Below are positions 38,393 to 48,731 of a DNA stretch of 64,000 bases, one piece after another. Position 1 is the stretch's first letter. Every line of letters begins with the position of its first letter. This DNA comes from Candidatus Collierbacteria bacterium GW2011_GWA2_42_17 (GTDB lineage Bacteria; Patescibacteriota; Microgenomatia; UBA1400; MFAQ01), in the NCBI GenBank assembly GCA_000998275.1, contig LCDA01000003.1, forward strand, positions 1,596 to 65,595. The letters are read 5' to 3'. Under the pieces are notes generated by a model. It was given only the letters and a program-made list of their open reading frames with translations. It did no database searches and was not told the origin of the DNA. The translations under genes were made by a program, and so were the position numbers.

Positions 38393-39777
38393 CAGTTGTC
38401 GGGGAGGTCGTTTTCCAGAAGTATCCAGTCGTATTTTTTTGAAAGGTCTTGAATGATTGGCCAAAGATTGGTGGCATTGTTGAGGTAGCTTATTTTTTGT
38501 GTATTTCCAACGCCAATCTCAAAATTTTTTGTTCTTTCTGATTGTCCGACGAGGATGATATGGTCGAAGACTGGGGCAGCTAACTGTCCCAGTTTTTGGT
38601 GTACACTAGCCATTTTTGGACCAAGTTCAATTATCCCGGGTGTGAGAAGGACTTTCTTACCCTTAAGATTTTTAAGATCGTTGAGAATGGCGGTAAACCC
38701 TTCTTCGTTTGAACTAAAGGCGTTGTCTATAAGGGTGGCCCGGTTTATCCTTTTAAGGTCAAGCCGATGGGGTGAGGGTTTGAGAGAGGCGACAGACCCC
38801 TTTATTTTTTCCAGGGGTACTTTTAGAAGGAGACTCATAGAAATTGCGGCAACAAGATTATAGAGATTGCTGGTGCCGAAAAGAGGTGAGACGAAGTCGA
38901 GGGGTTTCCCCCGATAGACAAGGCGGAATCGGATACCTTTTGGGGTGAGGGTATATTTTTCGACGAAAAAATCAGCTTTGGGGTCGGTAAGAGAGTAAGT
39001 TTTTACTTTTCGGTATTGAGGAAGAGTGAGATGAGCTTTGATCAAGGGATTGTCAAGATTGACTAGGGCATTCTGGGGTTGGACAACATCAACTAGCTCA
39101 AACTTAGCCAGGGTGGTATTTTCTAGGGTTTTAAAGCGTTCTAGGTGTTGAGAACCGACTGAGGTGAGGATGGCATACTGGGGATCAACCATGTGGCAGA
39201 TTTCTGCGATTTCTCCACGAGTATATGCGCCCATTTCGCAAATGAAGCGACGTGTTTTTTGAAATATTTCCATTTTTACAACTTTGGCGATGCCAAAGAT
39301 GGTGTTGTAGCTTTCCGGGGTTTTAACGGTTTGTTGATAACTGGTGAGAATGGAGTAAAGAAAATCTTTGACTGAGGTCTTGCCGAAAGAACCGGTGACG
39401 CCAATAACGCTTAAGTGGTGGTAACTACGAATAAGGGTATTTATTTGTTTAATCGTTTTTTTACGATTGATTTTTTCATAAGGAGTAATGAGGGTGATTG
39501 CAAGAAAAAGATAGAGATAGGGGGTGAAGAAAAAAGAGAGCATCAGGATGATGGTGAGGGGGATCTGTTTTAGAACTAGCAAAAAAAGAAAGAGTGCGGC
39601 AAAAGAAGTGTAAGACAGTAGGGTGAGAAGGCGGGCCTTAGGAGTAAGATCCAGGGGTTTTTTTGAAGAAATAGTAAAAGTGACAGGATGAGAAAGCCAC
39701 CAAGTAAAAAAGCGAGTGACGGAGTAGCCTTCCTGTTGAAAAATGGTGAGGTGAGTTTTAAATGGTTTGATGAACAT
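38389..39777 (-). CDS. murF: UDP-MurNAc-tripeptide--D-Ala-D-Ala ligase with N-terminal TM segments
   Basis: GVTGSFGKTS, SYNT, EMGAY, ENDLPD; start moved to MFIKP. Confidence 0.85.
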   Translation of the reverse strand: MFIKPFKTHLTIFQQEGYSVTRFFTWWLSHPVTFTISSKKPLDLTPKARLLTLLSYTSFAALFLFLLVLKQIPLTIILMLSFFFTPYLYLFLAITLITPYEKINRKKTIKQINTLIRSYHHLSVIGVTGSFGKTSVKDFLYSILTSYQQTVKTPESYNTIFGIAKVVKMEIFQKTRRFICEMGAYTRGEIAEICHMVDPQYAILTSVGSQHLERFKTLENTTLAKFELVDVVQPQNALVNLDNPLIKAHLTLPQYRKVKTYSLTDPKADFFVEKYTLTPKGIRFRLVYRGKPLDFVSPLFGTSNLYNLVAAISMSLLLKVPLEKIKGSVASLKPSPHRLDLKRINRATLIDNAFSSNEEGFTAILNDLKNLKGKKVLLTPGIIELGPKMASVHQKLGQLAAPVFDHIILVGQSERTKNFEIGVGNTQKISYLNNATNLWPIIQDLSKKYDWILLENDLPDNC

Positions 39778-40516
39778 GGTTTTCGATAATGGTGTTAAGA
39801 AGAAAAATAAACTTCGGGAAAAAGGTAACGTGTGGACTATGGTCCGCTCCGTAAAGTACATGGAGATGGGAATTGGGAATTTTTGCGGCGAGTAACTTAC
39901 CGGAGTAAGGAATGGTGGTGTCTTTTTCGCCCCAGATAATGGAGGTGGGGATAGAAATATCTTTTATTTTTGAGGAGTAGTCTTGGTAGAGAATTTTGTT
40001 TAGGATCTCTCTTTGGGTAGGGGTGGATTTGAGATAGTTCTCCGAGGCAATCCTTTTAAAGATATGGTCGTAGAGCCCGGGTGTGAGAACTTTCAGAAGA
40101 GGTTTGGCGGCTTTAGCCAGTTGTGATTTTTTGCCCGGGTGTAACTTACGGATACAAGCAGGTGAGACAAGAATGAGGTGGCTGATCAATTTGGGAAAGC
40201 GGAGGGAAAAGTCAACGGCGATCTGTCCGCCGAAAGAGTGGCCAAGAAGAGTGACATTTTTAAGTTTTTGTTTGTCGATGAAACTTTTGACAAAGTTGGA
40301 GTATTCGGGTACACCGGGGTTGTTCGGAAGAGGTTGGGTTCCACCAAAAGAGGGAAGGTCCAGGGCGATGCCGGTAATTCCAGGCGGGAGGTTGTCTAAA
40401 GTATTTTGCCAATTTAGGGAAGACTGTCCCCAGCCATGCAGTATCAGAAGAGTGTGTTTTTCTTGTGGGTGGACAATCTGGTAGTTCGTAAGAATGTCGT
40501 TGATGACCTTTTGCAT
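39758..40516 (-). CDS. Alpha/beta hydrolase
   Basis: LHGWG, GHSFGG, WGEKD, catalytic His; overlaps the murF start. Confidence 0.88.
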   Translation of the reverse strand: MQKVINDILTNYQIVHPQEKHTLLILHGWGQSSLNWQNTLDNLPPGITGIALDLPSFGGTQPLPNNPGVPEYSNFVKSFIDKQKLKNVTLLGHSFGGQIAVDFSLRFPKLISHLILVSPACIRKLHPGKKSQLAKAAKPLLKVLTPGLYDHIFKRIASENYLKSTPTQREILNKILYQDYSSKIKDISIPTSIIWGEKDTTIPYSGKLLAAKIPNSHLHVLYGADHSPHVTFFPKFIFLLNTIIENHVHQTI

Positions 40517-40689
40517 TTGTGAAGATTATTATACGATTTGGTGAGTCAATAAGCCCAGCGGGTAAAAAACAAAGTCCTCTCATTCCTAATATGTGGGTGA
40601 TGCGTACATTGACTTGGTGGCGCGTTGAAAGTATTACAAACCTATGGAAAAACCCTTAGGCAGGCTTAAGAGGTGGTAATTGAAATATT

Positions 40690-41571
40690 TTAATTGTTAA
40701 AAAGTGATTGACGAATTTTTTTAGCAATGAGATGCGTAAATTTGTGGCCAGGTTCGTTGATATCAATTTTTGCTTGCAGATGAAACCCTATCAAGGCTAA
40801 ATCACCGATCAAATCTAAAAGTTTGTGTCGTGCAGGCTCGTTATTTTTTTTGAGTGGAGTAAGAAATTCTTTTTCGGTGAATGTAATAATTGGCGATTGA
40901 CGAGGATCTTCCGGAAGAGATCTAAAGACTGAACGAATTCCTTGCCATTTAGAGAGATCCTGGAGATCTAAAGGAGATCGAAGAAAAGTTCTTGCCCAAG
41001 ATATGTCTTGAGAAAATGCTTTTGAGTCTTCTTCAAAAACAACAGTATGTTCTCCAATTGGCTGGGGAAATGGGGCAATACAATTGATGTACAGCTTTGG
41101 AAATGGGGCAAATTTTGCAAAACGATTGGGGAATTCTGGCTGAGTAATAATGCTGGAATCGTTGACAACGATAACTTTTTTAAAAGCATTTTGTTTTATG
41201 ATACCTGCTTTAAGAAGCGCTTTGACATAAGGTTCGGCAGAGCCGTCTTTGGCGGGAATGACGCTATTAGAAAGAACAATTTTTAAATTGTCGATGTTTA
41301 GTCCCCAGATGGCTGCCAATAAATGCTCTACTGTGGAGACATCAACGCCATCCTTACTTAGGACAGTGGTGTGGATATCGGTTTGTTTGATATATTCTGC
41401 AAGGGCGGGGATGCAGATTCCATGAAGATAAAAATTGATTCCGGTGTTTATTTCAGCAGGTTCAATCTTCATTGAAAGCAATTCACCAGAAAATAGAGAG
41501 TAGCCATTAAATTTGATAGCTTTTTTAATGGTTGTTTGATGATTTGTTGTTACTTTGGTGAATGCTTGCAT
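40690..41571 (-). CDS. lpxC: LpxC-family UDP-3-O-acyl-GlcNAc deacetylase homolog
   Basis: QTTI, TVEHLLAA, DGSA, ARTF, HKLLDLIGDL, GH. Confidence 0.85.
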   Translation of the reverse strand: MQAFTKVTTNHQTTIKKAIKFNGYSLFSGELLSMKIEPAEINTGINFYLHGICIPALAEYIKQTDIHTTVLSKDGVDVSTVEHLLAAIWGLNIDNLKIVLSNSVIPAKDGSAEPYVKALLKAGIIKQNAFKKVIVVNDSSIITQPEFPNRFAKFAPFPKLYINCIAPFPQPIGEHTVVFEEDSKAFSQDISWARTFLRSPLDLQDLSKWQGIRSVFRSLPEDPRQSPIITFTEKEFLTPLKKNNEPARHKLLDLIGDLALIGFHLQAKIDINEPGHKFTHLIAKKIRQSLFNN

Positions 41572-41842
41572 ATATACGGATGTGTCAATTATAAACCGTG
41601 ACCAAATTTACACTTGGACATTATTCTACTGAGGGACATTGGGGAATCTGCATCTGATGGATCATATTCGGTGATTGTAGGTGGAAATTTTCGACTCTGT
41701 CCACTTGGAACAAGAGTGGTTACCAGGGGAATATTGGATGTTACGGCAATTGTGGATACTGTAGGAATTAGACTTGTTCACCCAGACCCAAAATATTTGA
41801 TGGTTGATTGACTTGAGGGTGGAATAAAAGTATTATAAGTTT

Positions 41843-43366
41843 ATGGAAAACAGAATTGAGAGTTCGTCAGAAAAGAAAGTATATTCACATACATATGATA
41901 GTTTGGTACGAGAACTGGCTTCGACGATGGAGGTAGACAATACGAAGCTATTCCCTAAAACAGAAGGAGAGTTCAATCATGAAGACATAGCAAGCTGGAT
42001 TGGGACAGTGGAGTTTAAAGGAGGGAAAGCCCCAGATATTCAAGCAAGTCTGTCCTCGGATAGAGGAAGAAATATCTTGAAGTTTGAGGTGGCAGAGCAG
42101 AAGACGGTTGAGGGGGGTGATGTACCGGCCACTAAAGAAGAGTTGATCTACTCGATGGCTTTAACCGAGGCAAAGATGAAGGTAGTCTCGGATATCGCCG
42201 AGGACACATACCCAGCAGTAGCTTTTCAGATTAAAGATTACCGGAAAGAGATGGAGGGGGTGCGGGAGGAGATTTTGGGAAATAACAGGGAAAAGGTAAG
42301 TTTAAATGAAGTTGTTCACGGAGTGCTGTCCAGAAAGAATGTGGCAGCAGCGGTGATAGTTGGAGGAATGATACTTTCGGCTTGTGGCTTTAGCGTGGAG
42401 ATTGTGACACCCAACGCAACAGCAACGGAGACACAACCAAGAGTGACGGAGACGGTGGAGTTAGGCGCAACTGAGACACCATTCCAGCCGGGAGTGACGG
42501 AGACGATGGAGTTGGGCGCAACTGAGACACCAACCTTGGAAGTGACACCAACGGCAACAGAAGTGGCACCTACACCAACAGAAGTAGTAGTCAGAACAGA
42601 GTTTGCAAGAGGTGAGGTGATGACCCCTGAGGAAATTAAAGTAAATGTGGATTGGTATTACAACCTTACCGATGAAGAACTAAATCAACTAACGGAGGGT
42701 AATTTATGGAGTTTTTCGGAGTATAAGGGTGATGGTAGACCGAGAGATATCAATGGAAACATACTGAGTGAGACACAGGATTTGGGATATCTAAATGTTT
42801 ATGACGAAAAGATTGAAAATCTTGGCTTGACAGATAGGATAGAGCATTATAATGCTCTATTTTTGGGGTTAACTAAAGTAAGGGGCGAAAATGGAGTAGA
42901 GTACTTTGTGGGGGCGTTTGGGATGAAAGATGCTAAGGGGGAGAGAATGGTGGTTTATGGAGCACCAGATGTAGTTGGTTATAGTTCAATGTCTGGGGCA
43001 GTCTTTCACTCAGGTCTTTATGATGGAGTGAGATTTTTTGGAAAAAGATCTGCTGAACCAGTTAACGAAAATGAATATGTTCAGAAGTTGCTAAATACAC
43101 AACTTAAGGGCATTGTTCTTTTAGAAATGGGGCAGTTTATTGAAATGGGTACATTCAGACCGTCTGGACAAATAGCCTTACTTGAAAAATTGAAGGGAGG
43201 TGAGGTCCTCTTTGAGATGTTAAAGAGTCAGTATTCAGGAGGAGTGGAGTCACCCAAAGCATATTTTGAGGAGATATTGACTGCGGAGGGTACTTTACCG
43301 TTGGAGTATACCGAAGAAAGCATTGCTAAATTAATGAGAATATATATGATAGGAATTAATGAGTAG
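41843..43366 (+). CDS. Hypothetical surface protein with an internal lipobox-like segment and a T/P/E-rich linker
   Basis: RKNVAAAVIVGGMILSAC followed by TATET/TPT repeats. Confidence 0.7.
   Translation: MENRIESSSEKKVYSHTYDSLVRELASTMEVDNTKLFPKTEGEFNHEDIASWIGTVEFKGGKAPDIQASLSSDRGRNILKFEVAEQKTVEGGDVPATKEELIYSMALTEAKMKVVSDIAEDTYPAVAFQIKDYRKEMEGVREEILGNNREKVSLNEVVHGVLSRKNVAAAVIVGGMILSACGFSVEIVTPNATATETQPRVTETVELGATETPFQPGVTETMELGATETPTLEVTPTATEVAPTPTEVVVRTEFARGEVMTPEEIKVNVDWYYNLTDEELNQLTEGNLWSFSEYKGDGRPRDINGNILSETQDLGYLNVYDEKIENLGLTDRIEHYNALFLGLTKVRGENGVEYFVGAFGMKDAKGERMVVYGAPDVVGYSSMSGAVFHSGLYDGVRFFGKRSAEPVNENEYVQKLLNTQLKGIVLLEMGQFIEMGTFRPSGQIALLEKLKGGEVLFEMLKSQYSGGVESPKAYFEEILTAEGTLPLEYTEESIAKLMRIYMIGINE
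42441..42532 (+). repeat. Intragenic 51-nt period duplication (VTETxELGATETP)
   Basis: GAGTGACGGAGACGRTGGAGTTRGGCGCAACTGAGACACCA occurs twice. Confidence 0.85.
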
Positions 43367-43395
43367 TACTAGGGTGATTTTGATATACTGAAAGA

Positions 43396-43983
43396 GTGAG
43401 GAAAACAGCTTTATGGGGAACGTTTTTTGTAGTTCTATTTTTATTGGTAGTTGGAGGGGTTTTGATTTTAAATTTGGGATGGATAAAATGTAGCAGTTTT
43501 ATAATGAAGGATACCGGGGAGAAAGCCAGTTGCGGTGTGTGGAGATTTGATGCTACCGGGCTAGATTCAAATAATGGGGAAAAGTATGTAGGGTACGGAA
43601 GAGTGGTGGGCATACAGTCCGTCGGCCAGAATGTAATACTTAGGGCCAGAATCGGCTTGGGGGGTAGATTTTTCTATATTCAAAATTTTCGTCTGTCTCC
43701 GAGAGATGATGGGAAGTTTGAGATATCTGAGGAGAGAAGAAAGTGGATAGGGTATTTTGATAACAGCAGGATGATAAGATTTGGTATGGAAGAAGTGCCA
43801 ACAATGCAAAAAGAATTAAGGGGAAAAGAAGTAATGCTGACATATGTTTCCTCGGGTGATGATAAAGGTATTGCTTGGAAGAGGGCAGTGGAAATGGGGA
43901 GTAATGTTTGGGAAAAGATAATATTGATGTTTAAGGGATTATTAAATATAAATACTCTAGATGCGACTCAAGCTGGCTATTAG
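43396..43983 (+). CDS. Hypothetical membrane-anchored protein
   Basis: N-terminal TM; TATACT 6 nt before the GTG. Confidence 0.6.
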   Translation: MRKTALWGTFFVVLFLLVVGGVLILNLGWIKCSSFIMKDTGEKASCGVWRFDATGLDSNNGEKYVGYGRVVGIQSVGQNVILRARIGLGGRFFYIQNFRLSPRDDGKFEISEERRKWIGYFDNSRMIRFGMEEVPTMQKELRGKEVMLTYVSSGDDKGIAWKRAVEMGSNVWEKIILMFKGLLNINTLDATQAGY

Positions 43984-46486
43984 TTCATCCTTGTTGTTTT
44001 TAGGATTTCTTTTTTTGGGGACGATTTCCCCGGCCAAGGCAGCCCTTGAGTGTCACGGAAGCGGGCCAGCATCGATTATCAGTAGCTCGTGTGACTATTT
44101 TTCTGGAACAGGTACCTATAGCTGTGGTACGTCAACATCCAATTACACCTCTACTTGTAGTTTTTCCGGAGGATGTAGGAGAATGGGATTGGGGAGTACA
44201 GATGATACTGGGTGTAGTATTAGTTTTGATGAAAAATCTTGTGATGTAAACCCTGGTGGTCTAGCCGTGTACACGACTAGTGGTTGTTGGACGTGTGATA
44301 ACGCTGTGTGGAGTGCTTGCTCTGCTTCTTGTGATGGTGGTACTCAAACAAATCAGTGTGGTGGCACTCAATCGTGTAATACACAACCGTGTTGTTCTTC
44401 AAGTGGTCCGGATACACCAACCTTGTCCAGCCCGGCTAATGGGGCGAGTCTCAAGGGAACTGCAGTTACTTTGATCTGGAACGGTATAAGTAACTGGGGT
44501 ACGGAGTGTAGCAGTTCGGTTCCTAGAGACTATCAAATCTGTGCCGGTACAAACGCCGGCGACCCTTGTAGTGGTGGTTCTAGTTTTACTGTGGGTAGCG
44601 GAACTACCTCCCAAGTGTATACACTTCCCGATTCATTCCCCAGAACATACTACTGGAAAGTGAAGGCAGACAATACGAATCCTTCGGCTTCCGGTTGGTC
44701 GACGATTTGGAGCTTTAATGTGACTAATAACGCTCCTACGATTGTTTCGACATCTCCGGCAACAATTCCATCTAGTGGTAATGCAAGCTTAACGATAGTG
44801 ACAAGTGATGCCGATGGGGCGACCGACTTGCGAAGAGTCTTTTTCGCGTTTAATAACTGTAGTGTTGATCCGGGTGATGCAAACTGGAGTAATTTTGAGC
44901 ATAATAATGCCAATTATTTCGGGGCATTTACGTATGGTGGGGCAAATATCAATGTAGCAAATAACAATACTAGTGCGGCTTGTACAGGAGTATCGGCCAG
45001 TCCACCCACTCCGTGGGGTACAGTAGCGCCGTTTACGAACGCTTTGGGAACATTGAGGATTAACAGTGTCACTGATACTCGGGCGGGGAATAACTGGACT
45101 TCGGCATTTAACGTAACGACGACCAATTTTCCCGGGGGAACCTACAACTATTACGCAATGGTACAGGATAATGAGCTACTATGGCACACGGGAGGACCGA
45201 GTTGGAAGAAAATGGGAACAGTGTGTGTGGAAAGTGGAGCAGTCCTTGGAGCATGGGCGTCTTGTGATGGCAACCATAAACGAACTCGAACATGTACGGA
45301 AAGTTGTGGAACAGATGACTGTACGGCAGCCGGAGCCGTGGCCGGAGTAATTACCGAAGATTGTATCGGCACGATTCAAGGAACCTTGTTTGATGCTTCA
45401 GATCTTTCTTCTTGCCCGGCAAATATAGGGACGGATGCGGGGTATGCTTCTTTGAGACTAGGAAGTGCGGCCTTTGGTATTCTTGGTATGTGGCCAGCGA
45501 TTACAGCACCGGTTAGTACCGATGCCAACGGAAACTACTCAGAGCAGGTTTATGCCTCGACGACAAACGGAACGTACTCTTTTGATTATGCCGATCTGAT
45601 CTCCTCTGGAAGAGCGTCCGGAGTCAAGCTTCAGTGCCAGGGGGCTTCGGCTTCGGTAACGACCCAAGGGCAGGTGGTGACAAAAGATACCGGTTTTTGG
45701 AGAGTGTATAGCGGATGGTGGCAAGGGGTTGGCGGAAGTGTCTATGCAAGAAGCGGAGTCAGAAGCTATATACCGGCGAGTGTGGTTCCGGCAACCAATC
45801 AGAAATTGATTTTGGCAAACGCAGGCGGAAGAGTGGGAGTGCTGAGCCATGGATTTGTCTGGCAAGGGACGGAGCTGGGAACAAATCCCAACGCAGGAGT
45901 AAGTAGTTCTTTGTGGAGGATCCAGAGTCTTTATGAAGGACTGCGCTATGACTTTGATTTTTACAAGACGAGAATGGATGTGTTTCCTTTTACGGCGTGG
46001 GATGGGGGGGCTATCAACTACGATGATGGGGGAAGAGGATACCAGATATTCAAACACACGGGAGATGTGACTTTAAATTACAGCGGACCAACAGGAACAC
46101 AGAAGGCTATTTTGTTAGTAGATGGAAACGTAACGGTGAGTAACAACGTCGTTGTCCCAAGCGGGGCGTTCTTGGGAGTGATTGCCAAGGGTAATATTAT
46201 CTTTAATGCAAATTTGACCACGGCACAGGGTTGGTTTGTAGCGGAGAATCTTAGTGTTCCTTGTGTTGACACGGTGGCTCCCTTGGGTACTTGTGACAAG
46301 ACAGACGTCCAGTTTGATGGCCAGGGGTCGTTTGTGGGATGGACAGGGATAGCCTTGGCTAGAGATATGGGGGCGGGAAATAACACGACTCCGTCTGAGA
46401 AATTTACGTACAGGGTAGATATGGCGCTAAATGCACCAACACCAATAAAAGTATTCGCGAAAAAGTTTTCCCCCTTTATTCCTTAG
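43961..46486 (+). CDS. Large secreted Cys-rich surface protein with TSP1-like and Fn3/Ig-like segments
   Basis: Signal peptide, WSACSASCDGGTQ, PTLSSPANG, TYYWKVKA. Confidence 0.75.
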   Translation: MRLKLAISSSLLFLGFLFLGTISPAKAALECHGSGPASIISSSCDYFSGTGTYSCGTSTSNYTSTCSFSGGCRRMGLGSTDDTGCSISFDEKSCDVNPGGLAVYTTSGCWTCDNAVWSACSASCDGGTQTNQCGGTQSCNTQPCCSSSGPDTPTLSSPANGASLKGTAVTLIWNGISNWGTECSSSVPRDYQICAGTNAGDPCSGGSSFTVGSGTTSQVYTLPDSFPRTYYWKVKADNTNPSASGWSTIWSFNVTNNAPTIVSTSPATIPSSGNASLTIVTSDADGATDLRRVFFAFNNCSVDPGDANWSNFEHNNANYFGAFTYGGANINVANNNTSAACTGVSASPPTPWGTVAPFTNALGTLRINSVTDTRAGNNWTSAFNVTTTNFPGGTYNYYAMVQDNELLWHTGGPSWKKMGTVCVESGAVLGAWASCDGNHKRTRTCTESCGTDDCTAAGAVAGVITEDCIGTIQGTLFDASDLSSCPANIGTDAGYASLRLGSAAFGILGMWPAITAPVSTDANGNYSEQVYASTTNGTYSFDYADLISSGRASGVKLQCQGASASVTTQGQVVTKDTGFWRVYSGWWQGVGGSVYARSGVRSYIPASVVPATNQKLILANAGGRVGVLSHGFVWQGTELGTNPNAGVSSSLWRIQSLYEGLRYDFDFYKTRMDVFPFTAWDGGAINYDDGGRGYQIFKHTGDVTLNYSGPTGTQKAILLVDGNVTVSNNVVVPSGAFLGVIAKGNIIFNANLTTAQGWFVAENLSVPCVDTVAPLGTCDKTDVQFDGQGSFVGWTGIALARDMGAGNNTTPSEKFTYRVDMALNAPTPIKVFAKKFSPFIP

Positions 46487-46508
46487 TTTGAGGCTAAATT
46501 ATTGTTTT

Positions 46509-46572
46509 GACTATCCGAAATAGCGCTACTTGCGCTAGTAGACTCTCCGAAATAGCGCTACTTGCGCTAGTT
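46509..46572. repeat. 32-bp tandem duplication, each unit with a TAGCGC-N5-GCGCTA palindrome
   Basis: GACTMTCCGAAATAGCGCTACTTGCGCTAGT twice, abutting a TATAAT. Confidence 0.85.
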
Positions 46573-46595
46573 ATAATCCTAGTAAAATAACAAGT

Positions 46596-47837
46596 ATGGA
46601 TACAAATTTTCGTCAAATAAATATTAACGGAGCGTTAGTTGCCTTGTATAAAACAAATTCATTAAAAACGATTAGCCTTGATGTAAGAATTAAAGCTGGA
46701 TCTTGGTATGAAGATAGTGAAAAGTGGGGGAAGGCACATTTGCTTGAACATATGATGTTTCAAGGTACTGAGATGTTTTCCGATAGTAAGGCAATGGAGA
46801 TTTACAAAGAAGAAAACGGGATTTGGAGTAATGCGTCGACGAGTGGTCAAAGGATTGAATTGATAATGAAGATGCCAAGTGAATCAATTATCGCCGGATT
46901 AAGACTAATGGAGGAAATGTTGTTTAAGACGAAAATCTCTGAGGATAAACTGGCAAAAGAAAAAAAGGTTGTATTACAGGAGTATGAAGATAAATGGTCT
47001 AGGTCCGGAGTAAGGTTTTCAAAAAAAGTAGATCAACAATATTTTGGAAAAAACCATCTCTACACAAGAGATGGTCTGGGCGATAAAGAATACCTGAATA
47101 CTGTTTCAATGGCAGATTTAATTGAGTATCAGAAAGAAATGTTTGTGCCTGCAAATATGGTAATTGGAATAGCGGGAAATATCGATTTTGAATCGATTGA
47201 AAAAGAACTACGGAAGATGCTTATCCTATCGGGAAATGTAATTGAAAAGAAATTTAACAAAGTACAACCACAAACAGAAAGACTGATTCATTATGAGTCG
47301 GGAATGTCGACAGTGATTATTGATGTCGGTTGGACGATTGGGGGTATTGCAGAGACTACCTTTGAGGATCGATTAAAAATGGGAATTGCGGCATACATTC
47401 TTGGAGGGAGTCCGAGGTCATTATTACATTCAAAAGTTCGTGAGGAGTTAGCTTTGGCTTACAGTATTTCGATGGTTTTTGGATACTATCAAGTTGCGGG
47501 ATGGATTAGTGTGAAATCTTCAGTAAAACCGGAAAATCTGGAAGAAGTACTGAAAGAGATAGATTCTGTGATTGAAACATTCGTAGACCATCCAATTAAA
47601 GCCGATCTTTTTAATAGGGCAAAAAAATATTTAGGAATGAGTGAACAAATGAAGTTTGAATCGACAATGAATATTGCAGGAAATCTTTGTGGTTATTTAT
47701 TTTGGGAGGGTAGGGTTGTTCTTCCTGAAGAATACGAAGCAATTTTGGAAAAAATAACAGAAGATCAAGTAAGAATGGTTCTAAAGGAGGCAATTGATGG
47801 AAAGAAGCCATTGATATCAATAATGAAGTCAGAGTAG
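46596..47837 (+). CDS. M16 family zinc peptidase
   Basis: AGSWYE, HLLEHMMFQGT, NAST, SRLF-like RSLL..VREELALAY. Confidence 0.9.
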   Translation: MDTNFRQININGALVALYKTNSLKTISLDVRIKAGSWYEDSEKWGKAHLLEHMMFQGTEMFSDSKAMEIYKEENGIWSNASTSGQRIELIMKMPSESIIAGLRLMEEMLFKTKISEDKLAKEKKVVLQEYEDKWSRSGVRFSKKVDQQYFGKNHLYTRDGLGDKEYLNTVSMADLIEYQKEMFVPANMVIGIAGNIDFESIEKELRKMLILSGNVIEKKFNKVQPQTERLIHYESGMSTVIIDVGWTIGGIAETTFEDRLKMGIAAYILGGSPRSLLHSKVREELALAYSISMVFGYYQVAGWISVKSSVKPENLEEVLKEIDSVIETFVDHPIKADLFNRAKKYLGMSEQMKFESTMNIAGNLCGYLFWEGRVVLPEEYEAILEKITEDQVRMVLKEAIDGKKPLISIMKSE

Positions 47838-47852
47838 GAGGAAAAATGGATA

Positions 47853-48731
47853 TTATGAGGCTAGGCGGAGATTGAGGTTTTCAAGCTTTTCTTTGATTTT
47901 GGTGCCTCTAAGGAAGGTGTAGAGAGGAAAAACGAGAACACTGGGAATAACAGAGAGGATGAGGGACTGGGCTCCGGCTAAAAGCCTGGACTTTAAGCTT
48001 GGTTTGTAGCCATATTTACTGACGGCAAGACGACGAACTCTTTGAGTAACGTTGAAAGTATGCTTGGGATCTCTAAAGGTTTCGGAGTCACCGTGCTGGC
48101 GGTACATGAGGGTAGTGGTCTTGAGATTGGCGTAAAGACCGAACTTGCCTAAACGAAAGTAGAGATCGAGGTCTTCGGCGGGAGTGAGATGGGGATTGTA
48201 CCAAACGAAGTCCTGGGGTAACAATCTTCGGTTGATCATGATGCCGGGGTGCTGGAGGGGATTGGCGGTGAACATAAGCTCATGAATGGCGATGTGATTT
48301 ACAGGGAAGAGCTTTTTACCTGTTATATGGCTATCTTTGTCCATGGTTAGACATTGGCCTCCAACGATAACGACACCGGGATGTTTGGTGAGGAAATTGA
48401 CCTGTTTTTGGAAACGGCTAGGTAAGGCGATGTCATCGGCGTCCATACGGGCTATTAGATGACCCTTGGCCTTGGTGAGGCCGAAATTGAGGGTGTTGGC
48501 GATTCTGAGGTTAGTTTTATTGTGATATACCTTGAAACGAGAGTCTATTTGGGTATAGTTTCTGAGAATCTTGTAAGAATCGTCCGTAGAAGCATCGTCA
48601 ATGGCGATTACTTCGAAGTAGGGATAGGTTTGGTAGCGAAGGCTTTCAAGAGCCTCCACAAGATACTTTCCGGCGTTGTAGACCGGAAGAATGACGGAGA
48701 TGAGAGGATTTTGAGTAATAGTATGTCTCAT
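47853..48731 (-). CDS. Glycosyltransferase family 2
   Basis: ISVILPVYN, IDDASTD, ARMDADD, AEDLDL. Confidence 0.92.
   Translation of the reverse strand: MRHTITQNPLISVILPVYNAGKYLVEALESLRYQTYPYFEVIAIDDASTDDSYKILRNYTQIDSRFKVYHNKTNLRIANTLNFGLTKAKGHLIARMDADDIALPSRFQKQVNFLTKHPGVVIVGGQCLTMDKDSHITGKKLFPVNHIAIHELMFTANPLQHPGIMINRRLLPQDFVWYNPHLTPAEDLDLYFRLGKFGLYANLKTTTLMYRQHGDSETFRDPKHTFNVTQRVRRLAVSKYGYKPSLKSRLLAGAQSLILSVIPSVLVFPLYTFLRGTKIKEKLENLNLRLAS

Noticed and set aside
46509-46572. Mini CRISPR array
   Set aside because: The repeats are directly adjacent with no spacer
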